A stretch of 63,998 nt of DNA, filler included, from Streblomastix strix (GCA_008636045.1; 3 parts of 3 records of this genome joined end to end with filler, not necessarily neighbours in it); one strand, 5' to 3'; positions 30,301 to 45,719 are shown, numbered from the whole stretch's first letter. Numbers and translations: made by a program. Notes: generated by a model from the letters alone, not told the origin.

Positions 30301-32547
30301 TTATGATTCGGGTTATTTCTCATTATCTTCCTATTTAAAAGAAGATTCATTATTAACTGATTATTATAAGTAAATAGGAGAAGAAGATGTAAAAGCAACA
30401 ATCAACTTTGGTAGACTCAAATTATATTCTCTTTTAATTGACTTAATTTTCCTTCCAACCTTTGTTATATTTCCGTCTTTTTATTTCTTATCTTCTTCTT
30501 TCTTTATTACTTTCAATTCTTCTTTCAATTCTTCTTCTTCTTCTTCATCATTATCTTTCCATATTCCTTGATTCCATATACCTTCCCTTTTGAATCTAAT
30601 TTATTTCAATGATTCTTTTTGTCTATCAAATAATCCATCTCTTAATATTGAATCTTAATCAATTGGATAGATTGGGAATTGTAATAATGATAATGAATTG
30701 AATCTAAACGTTGATGAGGTGAATAACAAATTTATGAGAGATTCACTTGTATAGACCGAATTACCTAATAATAATATTTATATAATAATATAATAACATA
30801 ATAACATATATATACCATTATCATCAGTTGATTCTTCAGTATCATTCTTATCAAAGAAGAATTATGGGAAAATTATTCTATTATTAAATATATTGAAATT
30901 TTAAATATATATAAAATAAATTATTGATAATTCAAATTTAGAAAATATGAACACAAACTTCCTTAATTTTCTTCTTCTCAATTTATTTTCCTTTATCTCA
31001 TTCATGTGATCAATGAATGTAGACATATTGAAATCCATCTGAATATTTAATTCTTCTTCTTATTTCTAAACTTTCATATTTTCTTTCTTTATTTATTTCT
31101 CACTTCTCTCATTCAATTATTCAATTAGATTCTTTTCTCTTTCACAATCTCGAGATACTAAGAATGATGGCTTAAGGAATTAAATTAGATTCAGTTGACT
31201 TTTAGCTTTATTTCTCTCATCTTATTTCTTATTCATTTCTTCTTATTGTTCCTTTATTTGTTTATTTTATTCTTCTTATTCATCATAATCATTGTTATTT
31301 AATTCTTCTCCTTCTGATGCATTCTGCTTCTTTATCATTAAATTAAGCACATTTCTTGGCCCTAAATATAAAATATAGAATAAATTAGAATATACAAATA
31401 AATATTAATATAATAAATTAATATATATTTAATATATTGAATAGTTTATTCATATATAAAATTATTAATATACATTTCTTAATGCTCTCTTCTTCATTGA
31501 TTGTGTATTTTATCATATCCTTGCACAGTTTGATAATGAAAGGTATAATATCTGATAGTAAATAAATATAATAAGAAAATGAATTCACTGTTTATTCAGA
31601 TTCAAACTTTCTCTTTCTTCTTCTCCTCCTTATTTCCTTTCTCCTCCAAGAAATATAACGTATCTCCATATTGACTCAGATGAAGGTGTAATCCTTAGTA
31701 TATATGATGACCATACAAGCTCTATATATTATATACATTATATATATGAATGAATGAATGAATATTATATATGAATGAATGAATATTACATATGAATGAA
31801 TGAATGAATGTTATATATGAATGAATGAATGAATGAATGTTATATATCATTTAAGACATACCACTTAATATCTCACTTATTCGTATGTGGAGTGGAACAT
31901 TCTTCCAACGATCTGCCAGAATAACAGTTCTATAATGTAATGCACTGTAGTTACCAGGATCTTTATTTCTGAGAAATCGAGTAAATTCATCTTCATCATC
32001 AAATCCAAGATTAGCAATTCTACTCAACCATTTCCTGTGATTCCAACAATGGAAATTCCTGTTATCAAGAAGTAATAATTTTTTGCATAAATCAAACTCC
32101 TTAGTTAGAATTGATTTGAGTTTAGTTTTAAGATCCTCAGGACAATCTTGTATAATGTTTCTTAGAATAAATCTCCTATACTCCCAATGACAATAGATCT
32201 TAGGATTGCTTTGTATGACCTTCAACGTGAATGTGAGCTCTTGTTCAAAGAGATCAACAGCTGCTGCTTTATCCAATGAATTTGAGAGTGCAATTACACT
32301 GTCTCTACGTTAGTTCCAAGCAGTTGTGCAGTCTGGTGATCGTTCTATGATGTATGAAGTTTCTGACAAGCCATCTTCGCCACTGAAGTTGCCCCGCTGA
32401 TATTTAAATTTATTATAAAAGAAAGCACAAATAAAAGTGAAATAAACAGTAAACCTTCTCAAGAAATGCCTTGAATCTAGGAAGAAAATTAGGGTCGGGA
32501 GCTTTCTTCATAGTGTCAAGTTATCCACGTTTGAGTCTATGATACAT
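27349..32547 (-). CDS. RABGGTA: Rab geranylgeranyltransferase alpha subunit with long C-terminal extension (LRR-like segments)
   Basis: Starts MYHRLKR. PPTA repeats SPDCTTAWNQRR, NPKIYCHWEYRRF, DNRNFHCWNHRKW, DPGNYSALHYR and PSSESIWRY. Downstream exons contain LRR-like LVTLHLGNCNTITDQGIVDL. Multi-intron and spans a 100-N gap; a single-gene structure is inferred. Confidence 0.75.
27489..27650. repeat. Intronic minisatellite (TTAATAGAATGAAATATATA-type units)
   Basis: About four imperfect units inside the last intron of the RabGGTA-like gene. Confidence 0.7.
31745..31848. repeat. Intronic compound microsatellite (TGAA)n/ATAT
   Basis: Four blocks of ATGAATGAATGAAT separated by TTATAT-like spacers. 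Confidence 0.75.
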
Positions 32548-33051
32548 CCTGAATTAATATGAATAATAAATAAATGTGTAATTAAGTATATTTAAGAGAA
32601 AAAATATTATATATCTTGATGGTTATGACTACATAAAGAGGAAGAAATGATATTTTTAATAAGTGATATATAAACCAATAAATATAGAAAATAAATAGTT
32701 TAAATGAAGCTAAATATATTGCATACAAATATTATTTCAAAATAAAATAAGTTATTTTGTACAAAATAAGTTACGTTGCTAATAAATTAGTGTTTTAAAT
32801 AAAAAACATTTCGGAAATGATTTCGTGGAAATGCACAATAAATTTGAAGATAATTCAGTTGTAATGTAATAATAACCGCTAACTATAGATAATTATAATT
32901 TTCCACAATATAGAAACCTGCCTATGAACTTCTGCGAAAATCAAAATCCTAAAATTGATTTTACTTATATTTCAAGTATTTTGAATTGTTATTGAGTAAA
33001 TGAGATTATTTATTCAAAATATAGTTCGAATTGATATAAAAAGTTATTCAA

Positions 33052-35575
33052 TCAACCCTCATCTTCGTCGCTATCGCCGCCAAGCAACTTAAGAAGATTA
33101 GCTTTCACAACAGCCTTCTTTCCATCGTCCTAACTTTATTTTGCTTTCTCTTCTTTTTCTTTTGCTTCGCGTTCTTTCTACAACCTTTCTTAATCATCTT
33201 TCTCCTATTTCTTTCTTTCATCCTCCTTAATTTAATCTTCTAATGCTTTTTTCTTAGAATCAATTTCAATCTAACTCTCCTATTCTGATTGTTCATCATC
33301 TAAATCTTTCTCTTTCTGTTAATTATTCACAATTTCCTATTCAACTGATTTCTTCTGCTTTATATTATCCTTTTCTTCTTCATCTTCTGATTCACTTGAT
33401 TCATCTTCATCTTTCTATACAATATGTTCATTCTTAGATTCTTCTTCATCAGTATCTTCTTCATCTTCATCTTCGTCATCTTCAATATTTCTCTTTTCTA
33501 ATTCTTTCTATATTTATTCTCCAGCTTTTATTGCTTCTGTTCTAATCTAATCTTTCATTACATTCATCAATGAACCCAATAATTCAATCTTTTTTATTCT
33601 CTTTCTCTTTTCGACTTATTTATTCTTCTTCTCTTCACTTTATTATTCAGATTAATCTTCTTCTTCTGAATCTTCTTCTTCCTATAATTCTAAATGTTCA
33701 TCTCTTATTTATGTGAAAACTTATGCAAGTGAACCTCTGACTTATTTATTTGTGTTTTCAGACCATAATTTCCATTATTTTATTTCATCATTCTTTATTC
33801 TTTTGATATCTTCTTATTCATTTTATCTTTCTTTTGCATATTATTCATCTTTTTCATCAATTAGATCATCTTCTTATTCTTATTCTTCTTCTTCATCATC
33901 AACTTCTTCTCCTCTTTCTCTTCTTATTCTATTTTATTCTTTCTTTATTTTCTTTTCTTCATTTCCATTCATTTTCTTATCTTATTCATTCTGTCTTCTA
34001 ATCTCATTCAATTCTGATTGCAATCTTGCTCTTTCGGTTTCCCATTTACCTGATTGGTTTAATATCAAATAATAATAAATGTTAAATTAAATATAATAAA
34101 TACCTCTTTCAATCCATAATTATCTTTATATCTGTTCTCTTCCTTATAATTTTGCTATTCTTACTTCTTCTTCTCTTGTTTAAGCCTTGGGATAAATAAA
34201 TATATGTAGTAGTAATTAATATGAATTTTATGATTATACAAAGTAAATTATGATTTACTTATATTCATATTTAAATTCAAACTTATCCTGTTTTTCTCTT
34301 AACTATTTGTAATTTAATATCATTTATTTCTGCATTTTCTTTTGCTATCAATTCCTGAATTAATATAAAATAATTATAGTTAATATTATTATTTCATATA
34401 ATTATACATATATTTCTTATTTCAATAATAATATTAATAATAATTTTCACCTCTAAATTTTATCTTTTCAATCTTCTCTGTTCATTTATGGATTTAATTT
34501 CTAGCTCTTATGCAAGATTTAATATTTCATTTACTTTTGTTTGACCTTAATATAATGCCTGTGATTATATAAATACAAAGTAAATATAATTAACATATAT
34601 TGGTAATAATAAATTGAAAATACTTGTAGTTCTGTTACTCTATTATTTACATTAAGAAGGTTATTCTGCATTTCATCAATTTCTTTTTCCAATTAATCAT
34701 TTTCATCTTTAATTTGATTCTTATCATCTTTATTTCTCTATTCTTCTTCAACTGCTTAAATAAGTTGTTATTTAATTTCTAATAAAAATTAAACATTATT
34801 AAATATAAAAAGTGAATCTTATAATTCTATTTAATTCATACTTTCTTTTTCAGTTTATTTTTATCTTGTAATTTCTCTGGTAACTTCTTTGTTTTCTTTC
34901 GCTTTTCTTTCGATTTCATGAAGATCAAATGACTCTTGTCTAAGAAGATGGATTTTATCCTGAAATTATAGAAAATGGACAAAATAAGTAATATTTATAA
35001 AATTTAAATCATATATGATCTAAATTCAATTCGTCAATACATCTAATTCTTTAACTCGTTTATCATGCATTTCTCCGGCTTCTTGGAGAGCTTCTACACT
35101 ACTAACTACTGCATTAATCTCATTCCTGAATTAAGTTGTTTATTAATACATTTGTGTAATGTATATATTAACCAATCATGAAAAGGAAAATTAATGAAAA
35201 TTAATATTTTATTATAAATTTACTTTTTTCTAATTCAAACTTCCCTGCTTCGTGTAACCTCAACTGAGCAGCAGCAAGTTCCTTTTCCCATCGAGCGCAT
35301 TCTTCTTTTCCTTCACTACATGCCGATTCCAGTTTTTACTTCTCTTCGCTAAGAGCTTTAAGGGCGGATACAATATTCTAAGGTGGAAGTGTTGAAACTA
35401 TATAATATGAACATTTAAAAATAAAAAGAAATGAAACATAAATAAGAGTATTGAATAAATTTAATTCATAACAAGGATTACCTTATGCGCGACCACTCAA
35501 TAGATCAAGCTTTGCAGACAGGTCATAAAGTTGGCTCAATATTTTATCATCTACAGCATTTCTCTACCTAGCCAT
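33052..35575 (-). CDS. Uncharacterised coiled-coil, acidic protein
   Basis: ATG at 35575 (MARQRNAVDDKILSQLYDLSAKLDLL), about eight AT-rich GT-AG introns, E/K/Q-rich exons, ends LLGGDSDEDEG-TGA. Confidence 0.75.
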
Positions 35576-36110
35576 TCTCAGATATCTTTATATTTGTGAA
35601 TTGAACAAAACTGAAAATAAATAAAAAAATTTGAGATCACAAAGATATAAACACCAACCAATATTGGGATTTTTATATTATAAAATATTATGAACAAAAA
35701 ATATCTATAATATAATAGTTCCAAACAAATGGGAACGCAGAAAAACTTATATTGAAAAAACGGTAAAATTAGCTTGTATATCACACGTTCATTGATGAAA
35801 ACATTGTTTATTTAAGTAAATAATTATGTGGACATTATATTCAAATGATTCTAAGAACTCGTTTGTAGAGAATTAACCTCACACGATTTTCACGATATCT
35901 GCATACCTGCAGCTTTTATTTCATTTTATAGTTATTTATTTTAAATAATAAAATGTCTCCCACCAAATTGATATTATTTAAATACTTTATTAATTAATCC
36001 AGCTTGTATAAAGCACTCACAAGTAAATCGCATTTTTTGAAGCTGATAAAAATTATAATGATTAAACATCTTAATTTTTTATTTGTGGCTACATTATTCT
36101 CAACATAGAC

Positions 36111-37594
36111 ATGGATTCCATCCGTGCTCAATTCGAAACGCTGATGGGCTCGAGTGATGGATAGACTAAAAACTCAATTTCTCTTCGCTTCGCTGAGCCG
36201 TAGTTTTGCAAAGCATATCTAATAGGAGCTTGTCCACATGAACTCTTTCAAGGAACGAAGGCTGATAGTGGTTTGTGTAGATTACAACACGATCCGAAGA
36301 TGAAAGCACTTTATGAAAAAGCACTATTATTAAATGGTCGTGATGCATGGAATATTGAACGTGAAGCTGAACGGTAGATTCTTCGTTTTACATAAGATAT
36401 GGATCATAACATCAGAGAATCAGAGAAAAAAGTTGCTATGGAAAACTTTGGTAACCCAGATAATGAAAAGATTGTGGAAGTTTCAGCACAATTGAAAGAA
36501 ATTCTTAGAAAAATGGAAACATTGGGAGAAGAAGGTAAAATTGATGAAAGCGCTGGTCTTATATAACAAATGGAAGCTCTTAAGAAATTAAAAGAAGATT
36601 TATATATAGCAGAGCGACTTGCAGGTGGGCATTAACATTTGCGAATTTGTTATATTTGTGGTGCATCGTTATTTGCACAAGAGACTGCAAGGCGTTTAGC
36701 GGACCATTTTGCAGGTAAGCATCACAATGGTTATCGAATACTGCGTGAAAAACTAATTGAAATACGTGAACATAGAGAAATTGATAAATAGACATTGGAA
36801 AAAGAGAACAAATAGAATGAAAATACAAAAGATGGTTAACCAATCCTTAATTAAGATAAATAGAAGCAAGAAGAATAGAAAGATGAAAAAAAAGAAGATA
36901 AAGATAAGGATAAATCAAAAGATAAAGAGAAAGAATCAGATAATAAAGAAAGAAGGAAAGACAAAGATCATTATGGAAGAGAAAGAGAAAGAAGAAGATC
37001 CAGATCTCATCATCACCACAGAAGTAAAAGTAGATCACATTCACATAGAAGAAGCAAAGATCGGAAGAAAGAATCACATAAAAGAAGAGAATCTGAAGTT
37101 AAATCAATTAAATCTGAGACTAAATCAGTAAAACACGAGATTAAAAAAGAAAGAAAAGATAAACATGATGATAAGAAAAAGAAATAGAAAGAAAAACAAA
37201 AGAAAGAAAGAAATAAAAATGAAAGTTCGTCTGAATCAAGTGAAAAGAAATCTAAGGAAAAGAAAAAGAAGAAGAAGAAAGAAAAGTCTGAAACTGAAGA
37301 ATCTGATGATGATTCTAATGAAGAGAAATCTGATGATGAAGAAGAAGAAGAAGAAGAAGAAGAATCAGACTCATCTGAAATAGAGAGAAAAAAAGTAAAG
37401 TTTGTCCTTTTTTCATTTAATTCATTTTTTATTATATTTTTACTATTTTGTATCTTAATTAAATTTTACTATTCAGAAAGCATAGTGGAGATGTCAAAAG
37501 GAAAGAAAATGTAAGTAGTCGAAAGAAGAGTATTAGTAGTCAAAAAAGAAGCGAAAGTAGCCGAAAGAGGAGCAAGAGCAAACATAGAAAATGA
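36111..37594 (+). CDS. LUC7: Luc7-like U1 snRNP protein
   Basis: MDSIRAQFETLMG...FCKAYLIGACPHELFQGTKADSGLCRLQH (zinc finger 1) and LRICYICGASL...RRLADHFAGKHHNGY (zinc finger 2). RS/charged tail, one intron near 37400-37475. Confidence 0.92.
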
Positions 37595-38135
37595 TCTGTA
37601 CACTCAACATTAACATAATTCACTTCCATATTCTTTGGTGTACAAATTTAATAAATAAAAATTCATTTCATTATCAATCAGATCAACTTTTAGATAAATA
37701 CCTCATATTTATTTAAAATGGAGAATAATTAAACGAGTAATTTCGAATGTATCGATTTTCAAAAGTGATTTTTTGAATGAATCGAAACATTCCCTTTCCG
37801 CATTGAGTACGGAAATATCGATCACGTTACAAGTAACATTCACAAAAGATTGATATTCGGTTTACTGTGTGATAAATATTCGCTAAAAATCAGAAGAAAT
37901 TCTCTCACTTATCAATTAATAAAGTATAAAACGGATATAAACTAAACATTAATACTCTATGTTGAACTTGGAGTTGTAGATCGATTCTACTATTAACATA
38001 TGCGTACGTTGATTTTAAAATTAAATATTCAAAAATAAACTAAACATAAAATCTTCATCTCATACATGATAAAAAATCTTCTTATTATAATATTGTATAG
38101 ATATAAATTCTATCCAATATTTTTTTCTATTCTTT

Positions 38136-41100
38136 TCAATTTGACTCAAATATGTTATTTTTTATCACTGAGGATTGATCGTCAAAAGATAATTCATCTC
38201 CATAAAGATGATATTATAACAATTGAGAATCAAAATCATCATTTAAAAAATCTGAAGAATTTGATGTTTGTGATGAGAGTGAAGATGATGTTAATTATTG
38301 AGGAAGAAACGAAGTTATAGGTGAATACGATTGTGGAGGGAAATCCGAAGTAGAAAATGAAATTGGTAAAGTAAATTAAGTTGGTGTTAATGATTGTACA
38401 GGCGATAATGATTAATTGTGAAATTAAGATTGTTGAATGTCTTATGTTAAATTTGATGGTACATTAGAAAAATCTTATGCTGAATTAGTAGTATTTGTAA
38501 TTTATAAAGTCGAAGTAAACGAAGATATACCCAAAGAATCCGATGCTGAATAATTTGGAGAAACCAAAGAATTTGAAGGTGATTGTGAATTAGAATTCAT
38601 TTTCTGATTCTGACTAATATCTAAATTCATTTTCTAATTCATATCTAAATTTATTTTCTGATTAATATCTAAATTCATTTTCTAATTTATATTTTTATTT
38701 ATTTTCTAATTCATACTTTTATTCTTCTAATCAGCCTTTGGTGGAAGAGGTGGAATTGGTAGTGATGTTCTAAATGGTTTATCTGGAAGCAACTGTGTGG
38801 ATTTTGATGAAAGTAGCTTTGTGGGTTTTGGAGGAAGTTCAGACAAATGATGTGAATTGAGTTATTAGTGACTTTGTTTTGAATTCAAAGCCTATGCTGA
38901 ATAGGAAGTTATATTCTAAGATGAATTTGGCTTTTAAATTGAATTTTCTTATTAATTGGCTCCTTTAACAGAATGACGAGGATAATTTGGTGATGGAGGA
39001 TTTGCCAATAACTAATTATGTAAGAATTAGTTCGATAATGATTTATTGAGAGTATTCTAAGGTTGTTATTCAGTTAATTATTATTTAATAATTACTTAAG
39101 ATAAATCACGAGTGCCTTCATTATTATTTGATGAGGTTTATATCAATCCAGTCAATTAATTTGGCAGTGGTAATTATTATAAATTATTCTCTCTATTATT
39201 TTACGTTTAAATATCTTAAGTATTTGGTCTTGTAATAGCATTTATTTTTTGAGAAGATTCCAACTCGGAAAAGATACGATATAAATCATGAAGAGATTAA
39301 GATTATAAGCTCGATGGTGATATCTATTATTATAAAGATTAGTTAATTTATTATTTTGGATCTGATGAAGTTTACTAATTATTAAATTTAAGAATCTGAT
39401 CTTGAAGTTGAGTCCGAAGAACATTTGCAAATTGTATCATTTAATCGTCTTATTTATTCTCCTTATCTGTATTTGTTTTTGTGTTTCCTTCTGATCCTTT
39501 CAAATAATTTTCTCTCATTCCTTAAGAATTAATTATATCAGACCTTATATTCAAATTATTATCATCAATTTAATTCTATTCTAATTGTCCATCATGTTTA
39601 TTATCTAATTCTTTCCAAGTCCTGAGATAACTTGTATCACTGTTCCAATTCATCTTTACTTAAGAAGAAGGTGAAGATTAAGATTGTAATGAGGAGAACG
39701 ATTTCTATTAATAAGAATTAATCTACTATGATTAATCCTTGATTTAGAAATTGTTATCCTCAATTTCTTTGAAATTATTTGATTAATTTGGAAAAGGATT
39801 GGTAATCTTATTCTGTTATTGTATCTATTACTATTATTATAACTATTAAATATTTGAATGAATCTGTGTTGTTTGTTTTGATTTTTAGATTGTTAATTAA
39901 TCAATCTTATCTGGATATGGAAGGGGTTAAGTTGATGATATGGACAAAACATTATTAAAAGATTAATTTCTTTGCTTTTATTCATTAAAATCTAATTTCT
40001 GAATATTTGCTGATTAAGAAGGAGGAGAATAAACAAATTTATTTGGATTCTTATCTTTAGTCAATGGTGATGTCTATGATTTAGAATTTGAGTTATAATA
40101 ATTATATTTATTTGGAAATGCTAATGGAATTGTTGATGGTTATTAATGATTAGATTAAGATTAACTTTAAGGATTGAATACAAAAAGATCTTTGTTTGAG
40201 GATGGTTGATTAATTGTTGGATAAACAAATTGTTATGGGAAAATAGATGGAGGAATTGTATTTGAAGGAACTGGAGGTAATGGAAGGCTTTAAACTCCAC
40301 CTAATTTGATTTATGGAAAATTTGAAATTTATTTTTATGCTTCTATTACTTAATCGGGTTTTGCATTTTCTTTGTTATTTTCAGTTATTGGCAATTCTTC
40401 TTTTAAAGGAGATGGTTCAATATCTTGATTTTATTAAAGTGCAACTGATTTCACTAAATTCTTTGAATCGTGTTGAAGAAATTAAAATTTTCCAGGTTTG
40501 AATTCATTTATCACTTTTGGCAATTCAATCTGTAATGATTTTGGATGAAATTCAGCAACATGTACATTAAGTGACTTCTGAGGGGAATTATTCTATATTA
40601 ATTATTGTTATTTATCCTATTCATATTGAGTATAAGTAGTGATCTATTTAATTTCATTAACTGGATCTGATAATAATGGAATATTCAATTGTTATTGTAA
40701 TACTGGAGGAGGTATTATGAGAGCAGAATGAGGAGTTTAAGGTGTAAGAGAGAATATTGGTTATTATTATACTTAGTTTATATCTTAAAATTGACGTGTT
40801 TATTATTATGATTAATGTAATGGAATTGCATTCTAAAGTTATTTTTATTCAGTTTGTACTTATTTCAAACTAGGAATGAATTCTGGTGACTATGCAAATT
40901 GATTCTGCATTTATGGCATGAATGTTTGAGCAGAAGCTGATATCTACTGTTGATAAGAATTACTCTCATTTGCATGTATAATTAGTGGTACTGTATTTAT
41001 AGGTGTGTGAATGTCATTAAACTGAGAAGATGCTGGAAGTGTTGCTAATATTGGACCGACAACCATTTAATTCACATGTTGTATTAAAGGTGGTATTATT

Positions 41101-42871
41101 ATTGGTGTTACAATATTATGTTGTTTTGGAATAACTACTGGTGCATTAACTTAATATAATTACTTAGGAATAATTATTTAATATACTTTCTTATACACAG
41201 AGTTTTTGTCAGTTTTATTTTATTCTTCTTCTTATCCTTAAGCTAAAATCATTGTTTCATTAACAGGAATAACAACTGGAATATACTCAATTTATTGACG
41301 ATTCTGATTCTATAGTTGCATATTTCCCATCATTCCACTGGGATTCATATTAGGAATGTTTGGGAAGATTCCTCCCATTTATCAATATTATTAAAGTATA
41401 TTAAGTACTTCTTAATTCATTTGTTTCTCATTATTCTATTTTGTGAATGAATTGTTTGACTTCTGTTTTATTTCTTTTGAGAAATGAAAAGGATTTGATT
41501 TAAATTAAGAATTAAATTATGGATCAAATTATGGTAATTTAAATGATTCATTTTGTTTGAATTAATAAGGTTCTATCTTTGATTCCTTTTCTATTTAGAT
41601 ATTCTCTTTATCATATTCTTATTTCTTCTCATAATCTTCTTTTCTTAATATTTCTCTCCCAATTATCTTATTTTCAGTTCCTTTATTCTTATTTATTACT
41701 CTATATTTCAATATCATCTCCTTTGAAGGAGTAAATATTTCTACTCCATTCGGATCACTAATTATGATGAATTTGTTTCTATTGGTTCGTGGAACTTTAT
41801 GCATAGTTAATGTAACTGGAATGTTGCGAATAGTCATCATCCTCTCTTCTTTGTTTTCCATCACTCTCATTGCAGTCTAATTAAAATATATATAACATAT
41901 AATATTAATATTAAATATTAAATATTAAATATATACTATCTGCCCACGAGCATTGTTTCCAAATAAAATCTCAACTTCTCCATCTGATGTAACACTTGGA
42001 TTCTTAATTTAGTTAATTTGCTTCACATTCCCATATTGAATGACAGCTTGAAGTATCTCTTCATTTTCTAGCATTTTCTATCCAAGAGCTATATTATATG
42101 TTAATATCACAGAACTATTCAGAGTTTTGTGATTAACTCTCTCCATAAACTCAACTCTAAACCCTAAAGCACCTTCTCTTAATTGCTCCAATGCATCATA
42201 TTAATCTTCTCTTGTCATGAATTCAACAAAGATTGTTCTTTAGTTATGGAGCACAGCCATATCAAGATCACTAATATCTCCAAGCATGCTGAATAATTAA
42301 AAAAATATATATATAAAATGTACCAAAAGAATAAATAAATATATAAAAAAAAATTGTGTATGCCTAATTTCCTGCACTAATTTCTCCATACTCCAATCCA
42401 AGTTGATGTGAGATATTACAATGCTTGAAGAAGATTATATATTGTCTAACCATAAGCTCTTATCACCAACGGTCTTTGGGAAAATGTAGAAGAAAAAATA
42501 TTAGTTCTCTATATGAATTTTGGATAGTATATAATACCAAGCTTGTTCCCTGTTCTAATGCACGAAAAGCTTCTTCTTCCGACTCAAAAATAGCAAATGC
42601 ATAGTTCTTCAACTGTTTTCTATCGGATTCGTACTTTAAAATTATTTTCTCGAGTTTGCCTCGAATATCAATGGCTGTAAAGAGGATTGCTTCATCTATA
42701 TCATCCATCTTCCCCATGATAAAAAGGCTTCCTGTAATTATGAATATTTGATTGAAAATTTAACTAAAAGAGAGACAGGCACAAACGCTTGTTCAGTGCA
42801 AAGTCATCCTCGGTTTTAGCACTGCTCTCACCTAAATTAATTACATTAGGCTTACTCAAGTCTTCATCCAT
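38136..42871 (-). CDS. Multi-RRM RNA-binding protein with long Q/S/P-rich tail
   Basis: RRM-like segments SLFIMGKM...KNYAFAIFESEEEA, TIFVEFMTREDQYDA and IVITYNIALG...IQYGNV, then about 1200 aa of low complexity. Four introns. Confidence 0.7.
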
Positions 42872-43848
42872 TATTTCTTAGATCACAATATATTAATTCA
42901 AGAAATTAATGTGTTGATTGTGGTTGAAATTAAGAAATTAAAAAAAACCAGTTATATGCGTGTTAATTTTGAATGTATTTAATTTAAATACATTCTAAGT
43001 ATATTTTTTTATAATTTCGGATATATTCCGAAATTTACCTGCAAAAGTTCGACTCGAACAAATTACTCCTTAATATTTCTCCGCATTGATATGTGTAAGT
43101 ACGATGTTATCATTTATGATACAAAGGCAATAATTATTCCTTTGTGTGATGTTTTTAAATCCTGATCATTCAAATGTTCTTAGTAATTGAGCGAAAATTT
43201 AATGATGGTTCACTAAATCTTGTAATAAAAACTAAAAATCGTTTAAATTACTTTTTTTTAGTAATTAGAATCATTTACTGATAAAACTGCGCTCAAAACA
43301 ATCAACTGGAATTTAATGATTAAGATATTGCTACTATTGGATATAAAAATCGTACAAATTGCTCTTGTCTTAAAACTCGATGCTAATTAATTTTAACCAA
43401 TATTTATTTTTATCCATGTTTATAATTTCAATCATTTTGAAATTATTGAATAATTTGATAATGTTGTTACCTAATTTGGTTCATTTGTTAATAAATTTGA
43501 TAAATAATCAACTATTATATATACAAGAAATGAAAACACAAATTAAAATTATTATTTATTAAAAAAATCAATTAAAAAAATATAACAAAAAATAAAACTT
43601 AATAAATCTCATTTATTATTTACTCATATGAAATCTAAAGAATTATATTTAAAAATCGATGAAGAACTCAAAAGCGATAAGAAAAAATAACTAATTCACA
43701 ATCTGATATAGTAGTTGCAACGGTAAAGAAGCTTTATACAGTAATTTANNNNNNNNNNNNNNNNNNNNNNNNNNNNNNNNNNNNNNNNNNNNTTAATTAA
43801 TTAANNNNNNNNNNNNNNNNNNNNNNNNNNNNNNNNNNNNNNNNNNNN

Positions 43849-44282
43849 TTAAATCAGATTAATTCATAACTATGAGCGAATTAATAGTGGGTCTAATGAA
43901 TATACTGGCAAATCCAACAATCATGAGTACAACATTTATAACCATAACTGCACCACAGAAGAATAGGAATGCAATCTTCGGTTTGCCTGTTTATCTAAAA
44001 TTAAAAATAAAATATAATATAAATTTTAACGATTTAAAATAAATATTAAGCATACTCATTTTTATATATACTATAGAATCCGACAATAGAAATGATGAAG
44101 CCAATAATCCCAATTATGATCAGCAGAACAGCTAACGCAATAAATATACTGAAATTTGAGAGTGTGGCTGCTATAACGATTCCAAGCACGATAGCCCCAA
44201 CAAAAATAGCAGCAACAACAATTACAGAGACTATTAGAAGATATCGAATGGATGATGGCGGTTTGTACACTCGTTTAGGCAT
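43849..44282 (-). CDS. Tetraspanin-like multi-pass membrane protein (3' truncated by gap)
   Basis: Three hydrophobic helices including LLIIIGIIGFIISIVGFYSIYK and IAFLFFCGAVMVINVVLMIVG, the tetraspanin TM1-3 pattern. One intron. Confidence 0.55.
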
Positions 44283-45719
44283 CTCTTAAAATAATTATAA
44301 TAAAATAATGGCTTATTAGCTTTATTATTGAATAAATAATGAAAATTGCTATATATGTAAATAATAAATATTTTTAAGTTTTTAATTTTAATATTTATTA
44401 AAATTATATTGAGGGCTTTGTGGCTATAAATAAATATTCACTTTTAAATTGAAAATAAGAATCGTTTTGGGAATAGCATATCTAAATAAACAATGAAAAT
44501 ATACAAATAGAACATGTAAAATAGTTTTAAATACATAAAGAGCTTCAATGCGTAGATTAAAGCAGTAAATACATATTTCTTTATTGTGGAAAATTTTTCA
44601 CCTTCATAATTTGTCCAATTAAATGTCAAAGTTAATAAATTTGAGTTTTTCATATTTTTGCAATCTATGACTAGTATTTCATATTTTGGTGATAAATTTC
44701 ATGGACATTAAATTGAAAATTATCGAGAAAACTTAGTTTCTTTTATAATAATTTGAAAATTGAATTTAATGAATTTAAATATACATATATAATAATTGTA
44801 TTTAGTATCGTTGATATAAGGAAAAATAGTAAAGTAAATGAATATTGAGCAATTATTAAAGAAGAATATTTCATTTTTAAACAATGAAAATTTTTAGTGA
44901 GTTATAATTTTGCAGTATTTGGGATATTTTTTAAATGAGTATAATATTTTATGCGTATATGACATTTTATTACAGAATATAATGCAAAACATAGTTATAG
45001 AATCTTGAATGATCTACATTCGAGATGCTAACTGTGAAAATTAAAAGATCAATCACCTCACATGTATACAACCAAGTTTCAAATTAATATAAAAAACTTA
45101 GCAAATATATTATTATTGTTTAATTTGTTTTATAAATTTACATAATTAAAATAGAACCATGCCAATATTCCACAAAATAATAAAAAATTGCATTACAGCT
45201 TATTTGAGTTTTCAAATTAAATTATTTGCAAATTTATTAAGTAATACGCTTGATTTGCTATCAATGCAAACAAAATTAACAGATTATATATGATAAATGC
45301 ATTTCAAGAAACTTTTCTTATTTTCATGGCTATTTTTATTTGAATAATATATTTTGAAAATTAAATTAAGTTTTCGTTTGTTTTATCGTATAACTGATAA
45401 GTATCCAGAAAATTAAATAATTTTAAACAATAAGTTTTAGAGAAAAAAATTTTTCACTCATAAATTTTTTTCTATATCTACTCATTCATTATCATTTTGA
45501 TACAATAAATTTGTCTAACCCCAAGGGGGGACCTCATTTTTTATTATCAATTTATGATTTAAATTATTCATTCTTTATTTTAAGTTTTTCTCAATATGCA
45601 TTTTTTGACATTTTTATGAAAGTGAAAAATTTTCCACATTGAATTGTCACATTTATTATTAAATTAATTTTAAATTAAGCCCTTCGATTAAAGTGATTGC
45701 TATTATTTATTTCTTAAAA

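Noticed and set aside
42463..42465. Apparent premature TGA in the RRM gene
   Set aside because: After removing the GT-AG intron at about 42473-42537 the frame shifts (GTSL|TVGDKSLW) and the TGA is out of frame.
43040..43120. GTTCGA motif suggestive of a tRNA T-loop
   Set aside because: No cloverleaf stems could be formed around it.
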